A stretch of DNA of 56,685 nucleotides, counting the filler, from Sphacelaria rigidula (taxonomy: Eukaryota): assembly GCA_964200075.2 (NCBI GenBank). It is 5 parts of 5 records of this genome, joined end to end, with 100 filler letters (N's around TTAATTAATTAA, not from the genome) between each part and the next. Parts side by side here need not be neighbours in the genome. Positions count along the whole stretch, not along the records: positions 1 to 11,258 come from CAXNAA020005155.1; 4 more parts are not named here. One strand, written 5' to 3'. The number at the start of each line of letters is the position of its first letter. Within the stretch, counting starts at the first letter, position 1. The position numbers were made by a program, and so were the translations under genes. The notes beneath the pieces were generated by a model. It had not been told where the DNA came from. It made no database searches and saw only the letters and a list, made by a program, of their open reading frames with translations. Below, piece after piece: positions 1 to 11,358 of this stretch.

Positions 1-899
1 CAAATGCTAATATACAAACGTGCCAGGTTGGACCCTGGAGCCCAATGCCATTTTTTGAATGGAATGTTTCATAGCGGTTTTGCTAATTATTGTCGATGGA
101 TATAACTGGACACACTTCATCCGTTGCGTGGTATGATTGGACGAACCTTACCCAAATTCTCCAGGGAGGACATTCTTCGGGCTTCCATTGTAAAAATGGT
201 TGCCGTCGGCCTATTTTGTTTCCATGTTTTCCTCTTCGTCAGGGCTCCTCATAATAAGGCGTTTGGCCAAGGGACAGGAGGGGAGGGTTCCACAAGGGTT
301 AACCGACGCCATCCCTATGGGGAGTCCGTCCCTACAAAGCCGTGACGGAGCGAGCTGGGTATTCGCCGGACCAGGCTGGGAGGGGAGCGGAGAAGCAAAG
401 CCTCGACGCGTGTGCACCAGGGAACGATGTCACTTGTTGCTGAGTTGTAATTGTAGGCTTATTTGATATACTTTGGTGGACATACCATTAAGCAATGAAT
501 TCCTGTACGAATGACAACCCGGACACTATGAAAATATTTCATTGTATAAGCTTTCCGTCTAGTAAAACAATAATAGCAAATGGGACGTATGGCGACACGC
601 GAAGTGCGTCGGTCATGCTGGGATGTTTAAAATAATCGTTGATCCGACCTTCGGATCGTTACCCGCAAGATTGCCTTGGTAACATGATGAAACGGTTCTC
701 ATCCGGCGCAACGTGGCACTAGCACGTGGTTTTGCGCCTTATACTCGGCCGGCTGATCGCGACAGGTGCCTGCCTGAGCCTCAGTAAAAGCACATTCAAC
801 TGCTACACTCTGCGTACCGGACCGTCTCCACGGCAGACGATCGTGGCACGTTCACGGATGTGGTGATGTGTAGCACTCGAACACGAACCATACTTCCCG

Positions 900-2652
900 A
901 TATTATGAGGGTTTATCCGGGACGTTCCGGAAGGTATTTTGGAACGATCCCAGCTGAGGGTCTACGCCGAAATCTGAGTATTTTCAGCATAACATTGACA
1001 GCACGAATAAGCCGACCGAGTGTTCGGAAGAAAATGGGTATCGCGACTCAAAATTCCAGGACCCGTCACCTTTATTTGCGAGCTTGTTCCAGACCATCGC
1101 CATCACGACCGAGTAACCCACGAGTCCCAGCAAAGTGGTCAGGAATACCGCCACCAACCAACTGTCTGCAGGTGAACGAAGCCGGACCAGGGGCATTAGC
1201 TATCGGTCAGAGAAGAGATTAGCGCGCGAGGATCAGCAGCCAACCCCGCTGTATTGTATGCAATATATTGGACGTGTTGCCGATAGAAAAGCGTCTCAAC
1301 TACGTATAACAATGTGCAGCAACAGCAGTGGGGTATTGCTCCAGACAGCAGCGGGGCAAAAGATTGTGCTGATGCGCTCGGGTGACAGAATGCACAACAA
1401 AGGTAGGGCGCCCTATTGTGGATACATACCTTCGCAGCCGGCCAAGGCTAGCGCGGACGGAAGATCTCGCACATCATCCTCCCACTGATCGCGCCCATGA
1501 CTATCGCCGATGACGTCCGCGATGTAGTGGAGTTGGCACCTTGCCCCAGAAGGATAGGAGTAATCGAACACCAAATTCCGGAAGTCTTCAAAGTGCTTCA
1601 ATCGCAGACGAGAGTTGTCCTCCTGTAAGCGAACCTGGTCCCACGAAGGTACAAACAAGGCAGACGGAATTCCAAATTGAAGAGTTAATTTGACTGTTGT
1701 AGTTGCGGGCAATACATGCAGGACGCGCTGTAATCAGTACATTCAGGATAATCCTTATCCCTTGAAAGCCATGCTCCACGATGCTACCGTGGTACAAATT
1801 CTGCCCGTACCTCCTTGCCCTCCCAGGTGGTGGATTGGGTAAGATGCTTTGAATGTAGCACCACCACACTACTCAGACCACCAATCTCCTCGCGGGATCC
1901 GACTTTCTACGGCGATACGATCTTCTGTGCTTCAAACGTGCCTTGAAGTATAGAAAGGGACTACGGCCAAGGTTTCACTCGCGACAACAGGGCCCCACGT
2001 CATCGATGGACCACCGGGCAACATGACAACCATCGCATACATGAGCCTGTAGCTGTGCAGGAGCTAAATGTCCTTCCGAGCTCAGTACACAAGAGTTGCA
2101 CTGGACTCAAAATTGAACAGATCTCACGGGATCATGGATGGCACAGTATCGCCTGTTTGTAGCTGCGCTTGAGATTGCTTCGTGAGGGGTGTACACAGAC
2201 AACCCCTGAGCCAACGGTCAGCCCTGGCTGTTTGAGAGTAGTAGCGACGTGTACTCTTCACTAAGTACAAGCCTCACGATATCTGGATATGTGTTGCCCC
2301 ATTGAAACGCGCCCCAAAACAGCGAACGACTTACTTTCAGATCGCATCGACCGTAGGTTCCCGACCAGTCAACTCCACGGGCCCATAACGAATCCCGTCG
2401 TCCGGTGATGCGGCCGTGGTCAAAAGTCGCCAGTACGTCGCTCTCCAATCCGTCCAGTTCCGCCATAAGCTCTGGTGACGAACATTCGGGCTGCAGTTGG
2501 TCTTTCTTGCGTCTGAATCGCACTTGGTAGGGAGAGTACGGCAGATGTTCGAACCAAACGATACACCCGGCGACTACACACGCAGCCAAGAAAAACACGA
2601 TCAGTCCTGGCTTACTGCGGTGCGTAGAATGAGGACATGAAGTCGGCGGCAT
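900..2652 (-). pseudogene. Decayed coding sequence of an unidentified membrane protein
   Basis: After a (CT)n tract, MPPTSC...GLIVFFLAACVVAGCIVWF (TM-like) runs to a stop at 2218. Further protein-like fragments broken by stops and frameshifts follow (1413-1712; 984-1196 with a second hydrophobic helix). No family recognised. Confidence 0.3.
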
Positions 2653-2677
2653 TGCCCTTGCGTGTGCGGCAACACAC

Positions 2678-2680
<3 letters not shown>

Positions 2681-2712
<32 letters not shown>
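2681..2712. repeat. (GA)n microsatellite
   Basis: Directly visible. Confidence 0.95.
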
Positions 2713-2713
<1 letters not shown>

Positions 2714-3277
2714 AAAAACGGGCATAGGGGGAGGGATAACAGGAGAGGGAAGGGTGACAGGAGAAGGAGAGGTGAACGAGGGATGAGGGGTCGGGCGGGT
2801 GCAAAACGGCTTGCTCGCTTGGAGTGCAATGGAAGATGACTACGCACTGCATATTTCGGTACCAGAACTGTTTCGTACAACGTGGGACCTTGTATATTGC
2901 GAAGAACATTGAGGTGTGGTGTAATCCGCAAGCTACGGCACGCGATACGGCTGAGGCTGCTCCTCCTGTGACCACGCCCCTCTACTGCCTGCCTAGCGGA
3001 GTTGACGTAATCCCGTACCACTCAGCATTTTGTCAGCCCCCAATACTATCCAGCGGGATTCGACAGTCCAAATCCTTGTGCACGATATCACCCCGCCCTG
3101 AGGGGAAAAAGCTTTTAACACCTTCACGTGGACCACCAAACTGAGTAGTGCCGTGCCGTGCTCGTTCACTCTATGCCTGCCCTTGACGGTTCCCGATCGC
3201 CAGCTTTCCCAAACACAAGCGCCAGCTTGGAGCCTGCATTTGTCGGAAGACAAACGGTTATATATATACTTCAAAAT

Positions 3278-4151
3278 AGTGTTGTGAACTGGTTTGGTTA
3301 ACGAGTTCACCGGTTGCAGTAAATTACAGCCAGTAACAGTTATCAAATAAAATTGGATAAGTGGCGGCGCAGTCGCATGGACAGCCCCCCGCCGGCTGGT
3401 GAGGGGGCCTCGCCGGACACGCCGCCGGAGGAAAACAAATTACGCCATTTGGCTTCACATCCCTCCAAAATGGCGGTAAATTCTAGCCGCCTAGCACCAG
3501 CAATTTGAACACGTAGTCGGTACACAAAATATATGTGTATACATGTATGGGGAAAAACGAAATGTCACTCGACATTTCGATCAGAATTAAATGACGAAGC
3601 GGTGCAGCATACATGACACTCCGCGTGTACCACCCAAGCGCCAGGAACTTCTTCAACTACCCTTCCGTCCACACAATATGTGTGCCTCTGGAGGGCTTTG
3701 ACACCTGCCATGTTTTGAGGCGGTGCTCGTGCTCTTCGTCTTAAGTGCTCTCTGCAGACGTTGTGTTGCTGAGATCGACGGGGACAGGACCGCTGCCTGA
3801 TGTTGTGGGTCCTTCGATCTCTGACATGTCATCATCGCGTCCTTCATCGCAGCTGCTGCTGCTGCTGCTGCTACTACTCATATGAGAATATATTCGCTGC
3901 GATATTCGTGTCTACGTCTAGGTGTGTGCGGTGTGTGGCCATGTGCTCGCCCCTGTAACAGCATCCCCACGACCATTGTAGTGTGACAATACATCAGAAA
4001 TATTGATTTCGAGTATAACACAGAATTCTTTGGAGTATGCCACGTATGTCGGGTGAATAACTGGTTTCACTAGTTTCAAAACCGATCAGTTAACCAGTTG
4101 TACCATTTAACTGTAAATGGTCAGTTGAACTGGCAGCCAGTTCACGACGCT
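3278..4151. mobile_element. Probable non-autonomous TIR element
   Basis: AGTGTTGTGAACTGG at the left and CCAGTTCACGACGCT at the right, with AACTGG/CCAGTT-rich subterminal sequence at both ends. TSD not resolved. Confidence 0.45.
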
Positions 4152-4595
4152 TATTGGAAGTGTATCAACTCGTGTACCATAAATAATACACACGCTAACT
4201 TCTGAGCATCAGTCGTTGTTTCGGCAGCTCATTCGAATCATTCGATTTTCATGGTGACCCCTGCTGTCGATTCCTTGGCCTGCGGCAAATTGCTACGCGT
4301 GCGGTTGTTGTTGGTGTTGATGTCTTCACATTAAGAAACCGTTCTGATATCTGCGCGGTACATTCGTACTGGGCATCTGATGCGGGCGCGTCCTTATACA
4401 GGATGACTTTCATCAACAAATCTGTGCACAAATGTTTTCAAGGGTCGACGAAAATGATTCGTCTGGAAGTTACTTGATTCCAGTAAAAACGAGTCATACC
4501 GTATGGATCAATCGTTGGGGTTTGTTGTCGGCGTTGCATAGAAGGTACGCACACCCCAGGCACGTGGAATTGCGCAAAAATTGCGCAGGGGTGTT

Positions 4596-4838
4596 GACAC
4601 AATCTACGACAGCCCCGCCCAAAAAACCGGCCCTGAAGTGTCTCGAAAAAAATGGCCATACAGTGTTGGGGTTCAGGCTGCATGAAGGCATTCATATGGG
4701 CGACATCGGTGAGAACGAATCCAAGAGCGGGAATTCCCAGCGGCTTGTTGTGCTCGGCTTTTTCCATTTCGATTTACGTGAATATTTTGCATCCCCAAAC
4801 CAGGCACGTCTTGGGGGGGAGCTATCGTAGAAAGTATC
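4596..4838. mobile_element. MITE with GACAC termini and 4-bp TSD (copy 1)
   Basis: TGTT|GACACAATCTACGACAGC...GCTATCGTAGAAAGTATC|TGTT. Homologous to 40300-40544. Confidence 0.8.
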
Positions 4839-6234
4839 TGTTCTCAACCCCTGGTGAACGTTGTTCGCCTCTCTATCGGCAATCAGGCCTTGGGAGTCGT
4901 AGATTTCGTCATTCGAACTAGCTATGGTTCGTCCGAAACTTGAACATTTTGCCACATTTGTTGTTGGAAGGCTCGACCCGGAAGTGCACTGCGTGCAGCA
5001 AGCCTATCATACCAGAAAAAAAAGCGTAAGATGTGAGCTTTTCATGCGAGTCGCATTTCATTTTCTCCAAAAAATTGACGTTTGACGCGGATGTTCGCGA
5101 TACTCTCGGAGAAACTCTTGCCGTATATCAAGTGACCGTCCAGATACATGGAGTACGATATATCAAAGCTAGCGAGGGAGGAAGGGAAACAACAGGTAGT
5201 GGATAGCAGAAGGGCAGGGGGACTCAACACTCAAAATGCGTTCAGCCCAGAAACGGGAATATATCGAAGAGTCAACAACGATTTATTTCGTACTGCGGAA
5301 CGAACAGAGGGTGGCAATACCCATAGCACCCGTCAATGCCTTCGAAGATGTTGGGTCGTGTTTCGGGGGGTCACAAGACACGCACAGCAATCTCGAGAAA
5401 TAAGCCCAACGTTCCCGCCTGGAAAGCGATAATTCCACAGGCGAGGGATGAAGGTGATCGGGGTTAGTTCAACCGGGAAAATTTTATCCCCAGCAGCTAT
5501 GCGCTCCGGGTATGTATGCAGCGACTTCTAAACCAGGGCAACAGAACACAGACACGGATGCAGCTGAGAATGATATGCGTTCAATGGCAAGAATGCTGCT
5601 TTTATGCAAGGTGATCAAAAAAGCGGAAACTCGCATGTGTTCACACTGTGTGCTCGGGAAGACCAGAACGCGCATAGATATCCGCAGCCGCTGTGCCATA
5701 GGTCCACCCTGGCCAAGCTGGCAGTGTAAGGCCTCAAGTAATACGAATACGTTCCGCATTTCACGGGGCTGCTACAATTTGCGTGCGATGCTTCGACAGT
5801 TCAAAGTGTCGTCGTTATACCGTCTGTGTCGGCTGCGTGTCGAACTTTACAATTCGTACTATCCACACGCGCTGTACCGTAGTACAGCTTGAGCAAAATA
5901 TAACCCGCCTGGCCCGAGATAAAAGCAGGACGCGGAAATTCGGCAATATAGGCCTGATGTGGATGCACCCGCGATAGATTGACTGTGCGGCACTTCTAGG
6001 AGCGCTGTAGTGGTGTAGTTTGCATCTTAGGTGGGGAAAGGGCAACACATTCCCTAGGTGACCCGGGGATGACTTTAGAGCTCCCCTAGTTTCGCTGGGT
6101 TTCCCGTTGGTGTAAAACTGCAGGCATCATTTGTTGCCCTGAAACGTGCACTTTTGGCCGCACTCTTGTTAAATTCAGCGCGCACCATAAATCACACACG
6201 GTACGTATAGGCAGCATAATTGTACGTGCAAGCC

Positions 6235-6430
6235 AAGGCTTCTTCAGGTTATTTGTCAGTGTCGAGTGCGGAATCCCCAGCGGTGCAGTAACCGAGCGCT
6301 GGGTACTCCGGTTCTTGAGCGGGATCTGGGTCAGTTTGTCGCGGATGGCTGCCACGTCGATGCCTTTCCTGCCCCACTTCCCACCGCGGTTGCTGCACAA
6401 TGTTACAGCTGAGACACGAGCGTTATTTTG
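6235..6430 (-). mobile_element. Tc1/mariner (plant/DD39D-like) transposase N-terminal remnant
   Basis: RGGKWGRKGIDVAAIRDKLTQIPLKNRSTQRSVTAPLGIPHSTLTNNLKK resembles the GRK...IPL..R.T.RS.A..L.I..STL HTH region of plant/stramenopile mariner transposases. No catalytic domain seen. Confidence 0.6.
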
Positions 6431-7720
6431 CTGCTTGAATGGGTACCACACACGCGAAACTTGGTCAAGCGAGCAACTGAAACACTGAAAATAGTGTACA
6501 CAACGAATCGACCAGCGCATCCCTGCTGCCGCCGCTGTAGCTACAAACAACAACAAAAAACGTGACAGCCAACCTCCCGAGTTGTCCTCCAGAGCACCCA
6601 CTACGGACTCCGTTTCCAGAAATGACGAAAAATGTAAGTGGCATCTGCTGGATGAAGCTTACTTCTGAGGACGACTACGTTCATGTACGTGCTGTGAGGG
6701 CGTGCAAGTCGCAGATCACGAGCCGGATTGTGCTGCTGAACAGCACACGTGACAAAACTTCGCTGTACAGTAGCACATGTGTCACGCTCTTCAGTGTGTA
6801 CCGCTTGTTGGTCGTCTTCCAGACGAGTGCGGGCAGGAGCTCAACATACATCGTTCACCTACATCGCTAGCACCTCCCCCGACGAGTCTCGGGAAGGTCG
6901 ACCTCTTCTGTGTGCTGAAGGGGTATATTTGATCTGGCCTCTGTCTGTGTCCAGCTGCACAGAATAACGCTTCCTATGGGAAGACTTCCCGCTGGCTTTT
7001 TCTTCTCTGTTTCTTACATTTTCTGTCATACTTCTGTGCCGTTTCACGCACCTGTGTACCAAGCGCAACAAAGGTGAAAATGTCCATCTTTGGTTCATGC
7101 CGTATGAGTCGCAGGTGGAAATGAGATGCGCGCTGAATTCATGCCGTATGAGTCACGGTGGGGAAACATGAACCGTACGTTCGCTCCATCCCTTCTAAAC
7201 AACAGGTACTCACGATCATGCATGCCATATTCAAAGGACCATCGGGAGATATGTACGCTAAATCACGCCGCGTGACTCGCAGGTGAGAAAAGTGTATGCA
7301 TGTTCATGCCGTATGAATCACAGGCGCGAAAGATTCACGCGTGATTCATACTTCTTACGAAAGACGGTACAAGAAGTGTGCGCAAGAGATGCGCTGCATG
7401 ACTGACTCACAGGGGGGCACAAGTGGGAGTTCCACGACTCGAGCAGCTCATGAGCTAGCTACCTAAAAATACTTTTCCTACTTAGTGTCCTGATCCGGAT
7501 CATGAGCTAGCTCGTTAGGCCCCTGCTCACATACTTCATCCGTACAGCGCTGGACGCCGAGCACGCAGAGTAGCGAAAAAAAGTTGCACTTTGGCTTCTC
7601 TGATCCGACGATCACATATGTTGTGTTTCGGGACCGTCGGGTCTGAGAGTCCTGTTTGATTACTCGTTTGAAGTAGCTCATGAGCTGTCCGACGTGTGGT
7701 AAGTTCGGAGTAGTAGACTA

Positions 7721-9056
7721 GGAGTTGGGCGCTAAAATTCTGACAGCAGCTTCGGGTAAAAAAAAAGTTATAGGGATTTGAAATTTCAGCAAGAACAAGA
7801 TAATGTCACAAGTCCAGGAAAAAAACGAGAATCCGCAGCTGCTCCCGCATTGTATCATTTCCTCGGGTGCAGAAAGTCTTCGTGAAAATTTCAGCTCAAG
7901 AGTCGTAGAATTTGGCGGGGTATTGCACTTTTCGTGTGACACCGCCGTGCCCTCATAGTCCAAGTGATAGGAGAATCTAATTATGGAGGTAATGAGTTCA
8001 CACGAATTACGAGTCCAAAAATATGTACGAACCACAGGTTGTGTACGAGTCACATGCTTGATTTGTGTAAAAGTTGAATATGGACGAATCATTACCCATG
8101 CCGTCGTACGTGGGAAATCGTCAGCACACCGTCCAGCATACCGTCCAGGGATACGGGGTATCCCATGAAAAATGATGGGACACCCCGTGAAGTAAGACGG
8201 GACATAGTCATAGCTGTCCCGTGAGATCCGGGACGGAACACCCACGCACCCACCTCTGAAAAAAACGAGGGACGAGACGAACGGGACAGCCCCTCTGACA
8301 TAAACAGACGGGACTGGCGGGACATTCTTGTTCATCTGCAGAATGGACGGACGGGACAGGTATCCCGTCCCGTCTTGTCCCGTCCGGTTTCTGGTCTGAC
8401 TTCTGATAGGTTACGTAAACTCCGTCTACGAACTGGGCCAGTTTAACCCTTCGACCGCGAGGTTAGTCTTCTGTTGAATCGGCATCCATTTCAAGTGAAA
8501 AAAAGTATGCATAATCCAGGAAGACTAATCTCGCGGTCTAAGGGTTAAAGCGGCCAAACGTTGTCCACACTACAGCTTCCCCAGTTTCCCGAATGAACCC
8601 GATGTAAGCATATCACCGTAAAGTGCAGACCAACCTGGCAACACACGGCACCGCCGCTGAATGAAGAAAATAAATGAATAAAATGTACTGCATAATATAT
8701 GACCTTAACGACGGACGAAAAAAAAGAGATTATGTCGGGATTCGGACTCATGACCTCCATAATTGGAGTCCCCCATCAATTGAATTTTAGGAGCGCGGCG
8801 GTGTCACACGAAAAGTGCGACGCCCCGCCCAATTCGACGACTCTTGAGCTGAAATTTCACGAAGACCTTCTGCATCCAAGGAAATGATACAATGCGGGAG
8901 CAGCTGCAGATTCTCGTTTTTTCCTGGACTTGTGGCGTAATCTTGTCCTTGCTGAAATTTCAAATCCCTATAATTATTATTTCTTCTAAGCTGCTCTCGT
9001 GATGTTCTGCATGTCGATCATAATGAGCTGCTGTCAAAATTTCAGCGTCCAACTCC
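7721..9056. mobile_element. Non-autonomous DNA element with about 280-bp TIRs and TA flanks, containing nested insertions
   Basis: 7721-~7998 (GGAGTTGGGCGCTAAAATTCTGACAGCAGCT...) is the reverse complement of ~8744-9056 (...AGCTGCTGTCAAAATTTCAGCGTCCAACTCC). TA is present on both sides. Confidence 0.85.
8447..8544. mobile_element. 98-bp piggyBac-like MITE
   Basis: TTAA|CCCTTCGACCGCGAGGTTAGTCTTC...GAAGACTAATCTCGCGGTCTAAGGG|TTAA, i.e. a TTAA target duplication, CCC/GGG ends and about 25-bp TIRs. Confidence 0.85.
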
Positions 9057-10299
9057 TAAGATTACGCAGTGCGTCGCCTGAGAGAGAAAACTATCCACTC
9101 TCGGCTGACCCAGCCAGTAGCATGATTGCGTCGACTCAATTTGGGCTTTACCTTTTTTCATAACGTGTCTGATACACCCTGAGTTGGATCTTTCGGGTGT
9201 GGAAATTATTATATTCTGGTAAAGCGAGAGTTGATAGCAAAAAGAGGAGCCTTGGGAGACGACGCCTTAACTGTATTTCTACTAGGGATACATCCGGTTA
9301 TCTCGATAAGACCCTTGATTCCTAGGATGGGTCATCTGGGTTTTGTGGCCAATTTTCAAGTGGAAATGATGCCCATTGAACGGATGCCCCACTCTGTCGG
9401 TGAAAGTGTTATTAACCTTTTAGCAGACGCGGCCTACCAACAGCCAAGACATATGTTTGAGTCTCGTCATTAGCTACTACATGCTAGATAGCCAACACAA
9501 GGAGAAATCACCAGCCTACCGTCCCCAGGGGCCAGCACTTGAAGCTTTTGTCGTTCGGGAGCGAGCTCGCCCTTCCGACCGAAATTATCCCCTGGTGATC
9601 TCGCCGATAGTTGAGGATGTAGCCATATTTTGGGGGGTGGGAAGCATTGAAACGGAAATCACACTAGAGGTCAAATCTCATCAAAAACCAAGTGAAGAGA
9701 CAAGCGGATTCGCTGCCGTGTGCACAGAACACCCTTCGTGCTATACGCGAGGGGTATCGCCACGTCTTCTGGTCAGCTTCGCACAACCTCGGGCCCAACC
9801 GGTATTGACCATTTGAGCACCCGAGAATGGTTAAAATCAGTTGGTAGTCACTGGTAGAGTGAACGTGATGCCGATTCACCAGATGGACACACATCTCCGG
9901 GTCACGGGGGTTAATCTCTCGACCAGTATTATTTCGGAACAGTTTTACGGGCGGACAGTCCAGGGATTTCAATGTTTACATCGCGGAGGCGTGCAGGTAT
10001 TCAGATCGTCAGCAAATGCTTGCGAATGCCATATCAACCATGCGTGTTTCCAGGGAATTCTTACAATCGGTCGAGCAAGAGGCCTGAAAAGAGGGCAAGG
10101 TGATCATTTTCCATTGTTCTGATCGGTGGAACGGCCCGCCAAGTTCCCCCACAAAACTGCCCAGTATCACCCTTTTTCTTTCAGGTCGGCCATCTTTTTC
10201 TGAGCTTTGCTTTTGTTGGGAAATGTTTCTCCTCTTTTCCCCCACCTCTTAGTCTACTCTGTCGTTCTGTTCGACTTTTTTCTGTTCCTTTTCTTCTTG

Positions 10300-10381
10300 A
10301 GCGATTGGTTCAGCTTTGCTTTTCTTGGGTACGTCTGTCATGCGATCACGGCTGGACCCATGGGTGGACAGTTAAGGTGCG

Positions 10382-10412
<31 letters not shown>
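10300..10412 (+). repeat. Retroposon 3' tail family ending in (CAAT)n; other copies at ~24740-24829, ~29780-29878 and ~32920-33018
   Basis: Shared ...ACCACGGCTGGA...CAGTTAA(G/A)TGCGACAATCAATCAATC preceded by T-rich sequence. All four copies are on the + strand. Confidence 0.7.
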
Positions 10413-10413
<1 letters not shown>

Positions 10414-10854
10414 CCACCCACCGGAAGGTGCAAGGTGAATTTTACTACTGAACGATTACCCATGGACACACACAAGGACAGGTGCGTTTGTGCCCTCTCT
10501 GCAGTTTTCGCCACTAACCTACAGGCTGGGCCAGCTGACAGTGATTTTTGAATGTTTATGGCGATGCGGCGGGTAATTCGAAGCCTTCGGCGCTGAAAAT
10601 TTTTACACAACATTTTTATCATCACCACGCACAACATTTCTGGAGGTGCATTGAAAAAAACAAAACAAAAAACAGGAAGTTAGAGCGATTTGAACTTTCT
10701 GAAAAAACTAGAAAATGTTGTAACTCCGTGAAGAAAAAGAAAAAATATGTGGATGCACCTCCAGAAATGTTGTGAGTAGTGATAACAAAAATGTTGAGTC
10801 AAAATTTCAGCGCCTCAACTCTTCGAAGTACCCACCGCATTCAATTTTTCGTGT

Positions 10855-10926
10855 GGCACCCAGTGGTCAAACTCGTAGAACCGCCTCTTGTTACAGAGGT
10901 CACGAGTTCGAATCCCGACACGACCA
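10855..10926 (+). repeat. tRNA-like (pseudo-tRNA) module within a repeat
   Basis: Stem-loop CCTCT-TGTTAC-AGAGG, T-loop GTTCGAATCC and a terminal CCA. The D-arm and acceptor stem are degenerate, so it is not called a functional tRNA. Confidence 0.5.
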
Positions 10927-11258
10927 TTTTGTTTCTGCGTATAATCTGGTACAGCGCCTTGCATCTCGGGGGGGGTGGTATAGCGCGGTTTGAGGTAGTA
11001 CTTCTCCCTCTTACGGTGGTAAATGACCGTCGGCTGGGATGTTCTCTCCCATGATGGAGCTGTTGACTACCTTGACGCTATCTTGCAGCACTACTCGTAC
11101 CAGTGTGATTTTGCCTGCGCATGTCAAGTCAACGCGTGCCTGTGCGGCGCAATTCCCTACCGTATTTTTTCGCCGCATTTCGTGAAACGAAACGTCATCA
11201 GACACGCTGTCACACAACGACACGAGACGTTCCCGGTACTCAATGCAGTACAATAATA

Positions 11259-11358
11259 NNNNNNNNNNNNNNNNNNNNNNNNNNNNNNNNNNNNNNNNNN
11301 NNTTAATTAATTAANNNNNNNNNNNNNNNNNNNNNNNNNNNNNNNNNNNNNNNNNNNN
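11259..11358. other. Artificial contig-joining spacer (N44-TTAATTAATTAA-N44)
   Basis: Exactly 100 nt with a six-frame-stop palindrome in the middle. An identical spacer recurs four times. Confidence 0.98.

Noticed and set aside
7095..7350. CRISPR-like repeat-spacer appearance
   Set aside because: Few, degenerate, irregularly spaced repeats, no cas genes and a eukaryotic context.
11303..11314. TTAATTAATTAA palindrome recurring every ~11.36 kb
   Set aside because: An assembly linker embedded in Ns, not biological periodicity.
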